DNA from: the human T2T-CHM13v2.0 reference genome, Homo sapiens | Strand: one strand, 5' to 3' | Assembly: GCF_009914755.1 (NCBI RefSeq) | Contig: NC_060947.1 | DNA: 64,000 nt | In this document: positions 61,946-64,000 of the stretch, one piece after another | Position numbering within the stretch: position 1 is the first letter of the stretch | Layout: every line of letters begins with the position of its first letter | Position numbers and translations under genes: made by a program | The notes under the pieces: model-generated | Databases searched by the model: none | What the model was told of the DNA's origin: nothing | Seen by the model: the letters and a program-made list of their open reading frames with translations, nothing else

Positions 61946-64000
61946 TGATATTGTTTGGGTGTGTCCCTACCCAAATCTCACCATAAATTGTAATAATCCC
62001 CATGTGTCAAGGGCAGGGCCAGTTGGAGATAATTGAATCATTGGGAGTGTTTTCCCCCATACTGTTCTCTTGGCAGTAAATAAGTCTCACAAGATCTGAT
62101 GGTTTTATAAGTGGGAGTTCCCTGCACAAGCTCTCTTGCCTGCTGCCATGTAAGACATCCCTTTGCTCTACCTTATTCTTCTGTCATGATTGTGAGGTTT
62201 CCCCAGCCATGTGGAATTGTGAGTAGATTAACCCTCTTTCCTTTATAAATTATCAAGTCTCAGCTATGACCTTATTAGCAGCATGAGAAGAGACTAATAC
62301 AGCAAATTGGCGCCAGGTAGTGGGGCACTGCTCTAAAGATACCTGAAATGTGGAAGCAACTTTGGAACAGGGTAACAGCCAGAGGTTGGAAATGTTGGGA
62401 GGGCTCAGAAGAAGACAGGAAAATGTGGGAAAGTTTGGAACTTCCTAGAAACTTGTTGAATGGCTTTGACCAAAACGCTGATAGTGATATGGACAATGAA
62501 GTCCAGGCTGAGATGGTCTCAGATGGAGATGAAGAACTTGTTGGGAACTGGAGTAAATGTGACTCTTGCTATGCAAACAGACTTGTGGACTTTAGCCCAT
62601 GCCCTAGAGATCTGTGGAATTTTGAACTTAAGAGAGATGATTTAGGGTACCTAGTGCAAGAAATTTCTAAGCAGCAAATATTCAAGAGGTGACAGAGCAT
62701 AAAAGTTTGGAAAATTTACACCCTGATGATGCAGTAGAAAAGAAAACCCATTTTCTGGGAAGAAATTCAAGCCAGCTGCAGAAATTCACAGAAGTAATAA
62801 GGAGCCAAATGCTAATCATCAAAACAATGGGGAAAACCTTTACAGGGCATGTCAGAGACCTTCACAGCAGTCCCTCCTTTCACAGGCCTGGAGCCCTAGG
62901 AGGAAAAAATGGTTTCCTGAGCAAGGCCCAGGGCCCTCTGCTCTATTCAGCCTCAGGACATGGTGCCCTGTGTCCCAGCTACTTCAGCTACAGCCGTGGC
63001 TAAAAGGGGTCACCATACAGCTCAAGCCATTGCTTCAGAGGGTGCGTGCCCCAAGCCTTGACAGCTTACACATGGTTTTGCACTTGTGGGTGCAGAGAAG
63101 TCAAGAATTGAGGTTTGGAAACATTCGCCTAGATTTCAGAGGATGTATGGAAATGCCTGGATGTCCAGGCAGAAGTTTGCTGCAGGGGCAGAGCCCTCAG
63201 GCAGAACCTCTGCTAGGGCAGTGTGGAAGGAAAATGTGGAGTTGGAGCCCCCACACAGATTTTCCACTGCCTAGTGGAGCTGTGAGAAGAGGGCCACCAT
63301 CCTCCAGACCACAGAATGGTAGATCCACTGACAGCTTGCACCATGCATCTGGAACAGCCACAGACACTCAATGTCAGCCCGTGAAAGCAGCCAGAAGGAG
63401 GGATGTACCCTGCAAAGCCACAGAGGTAGAGTTAACCAAGGCTGTGGGAACCCATCTCTTGCATCAGCATGCCCTGGACATGAGGTATGGAGTCAAAGGA
63501 GAACATTTTGGAGCTTTAAGATTTGACTGCCCCACTGGATTTTGGACTTGCATGAGGCATGTATCCCTTCGTTTTGTCCAATTTCTCCCATTTGGAACAG
63601 GTGTATTTACCCAATACCTGTATCCTCATTGTATCTAGGAAGTAACTAACTTGCTTTCGATTTTACAGGTTCATAGGCAGAAGGGACTTGCCTTGTCTCA
63701 GATGAGACTTTGAATTGTGGAATTTTGAGTTAATGCTGAAATGAGTTAAGACTTTGGGGGACTGTTGGGAAGGCATGATTGATTTTGAAATGTGAGGACA
63801 TGAAATTTAGGAGGGGCCAGGGGAGAATGATATAGTTTGGCTGTGTCCCCACCCAAATTTCACCTTGAATTGCAATAATCCCCATGTGTCAAGGGTGGGG
63901 CCAGGTAGAGATAATTGAATCACAGGGGTGGTTTCCCCCATACTGTTCTCATGTTAGTGAATAAATCTCACAAGATCTGATGGTTTTATAAATGGAAGGT
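61946..64000 (+). mobile_element. THE1C-like provirus: LTR 61946-62301, internal 62302-63827, 3' LTR from 63828 (cut by window end)
   Basis: Two matching LTR starts (tgata...gtgtccc.acccaaat), first LTR end gactaataca, full MaLR-int, purine-rich tract before the 3' LTR. Confidence 0.92.

Noticed and set aside
62348-63638. ORFs of 104-222 aa in THE1 internal region (also 21016-22060, 44233-45591)
   Set aside because: Fragmented MaLR internal sequence with frameshifts; common to thousands of copies

Overview
Primate (very likely human) nuclear DNA. The window is AT-rich, has no host protein-coding gene, and is dominated by interspersed repeats: several large L1s of different ages, eight Alus, MaLR LTR elements (THE1/MST/MLT1), MLT2, MIR, L2, MER5 and microsatellites. 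Nearly all ORFs in the supplied track are repeat-derived or low-complexity artefacts. The most notable object is a ~1.58-kb composite nuclear mitochondrial insertion (NUMT, 40422-42002). It is made of three non-adjacent mtDNA pieces (COX1 +, 12S rRNA -, ND4L/ND4 +) joined by 1-3 nt microhomologies inside an L1MA 5' region, and it carries ape-like ancestral states. From memory this resembles the Xq25 MTCO1P53/MTND4LP1/MTND4P24 locus (unverified). Other notable structures are a 25-nt templated insertion inside an AluJ, a target site re-used by an Alu and a young L1PA2, a twin-priming inverted L1 fused to a tail-less L1, a near full-length L1PA3/4 with a microhomology deletion and an extended ORF0, and a four-level repeat nest. 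I found no support for a new gene system. Subfamily names and mtDNA comparisons come from recalled consensus sequences, and boundaries of old repeats are approximate.
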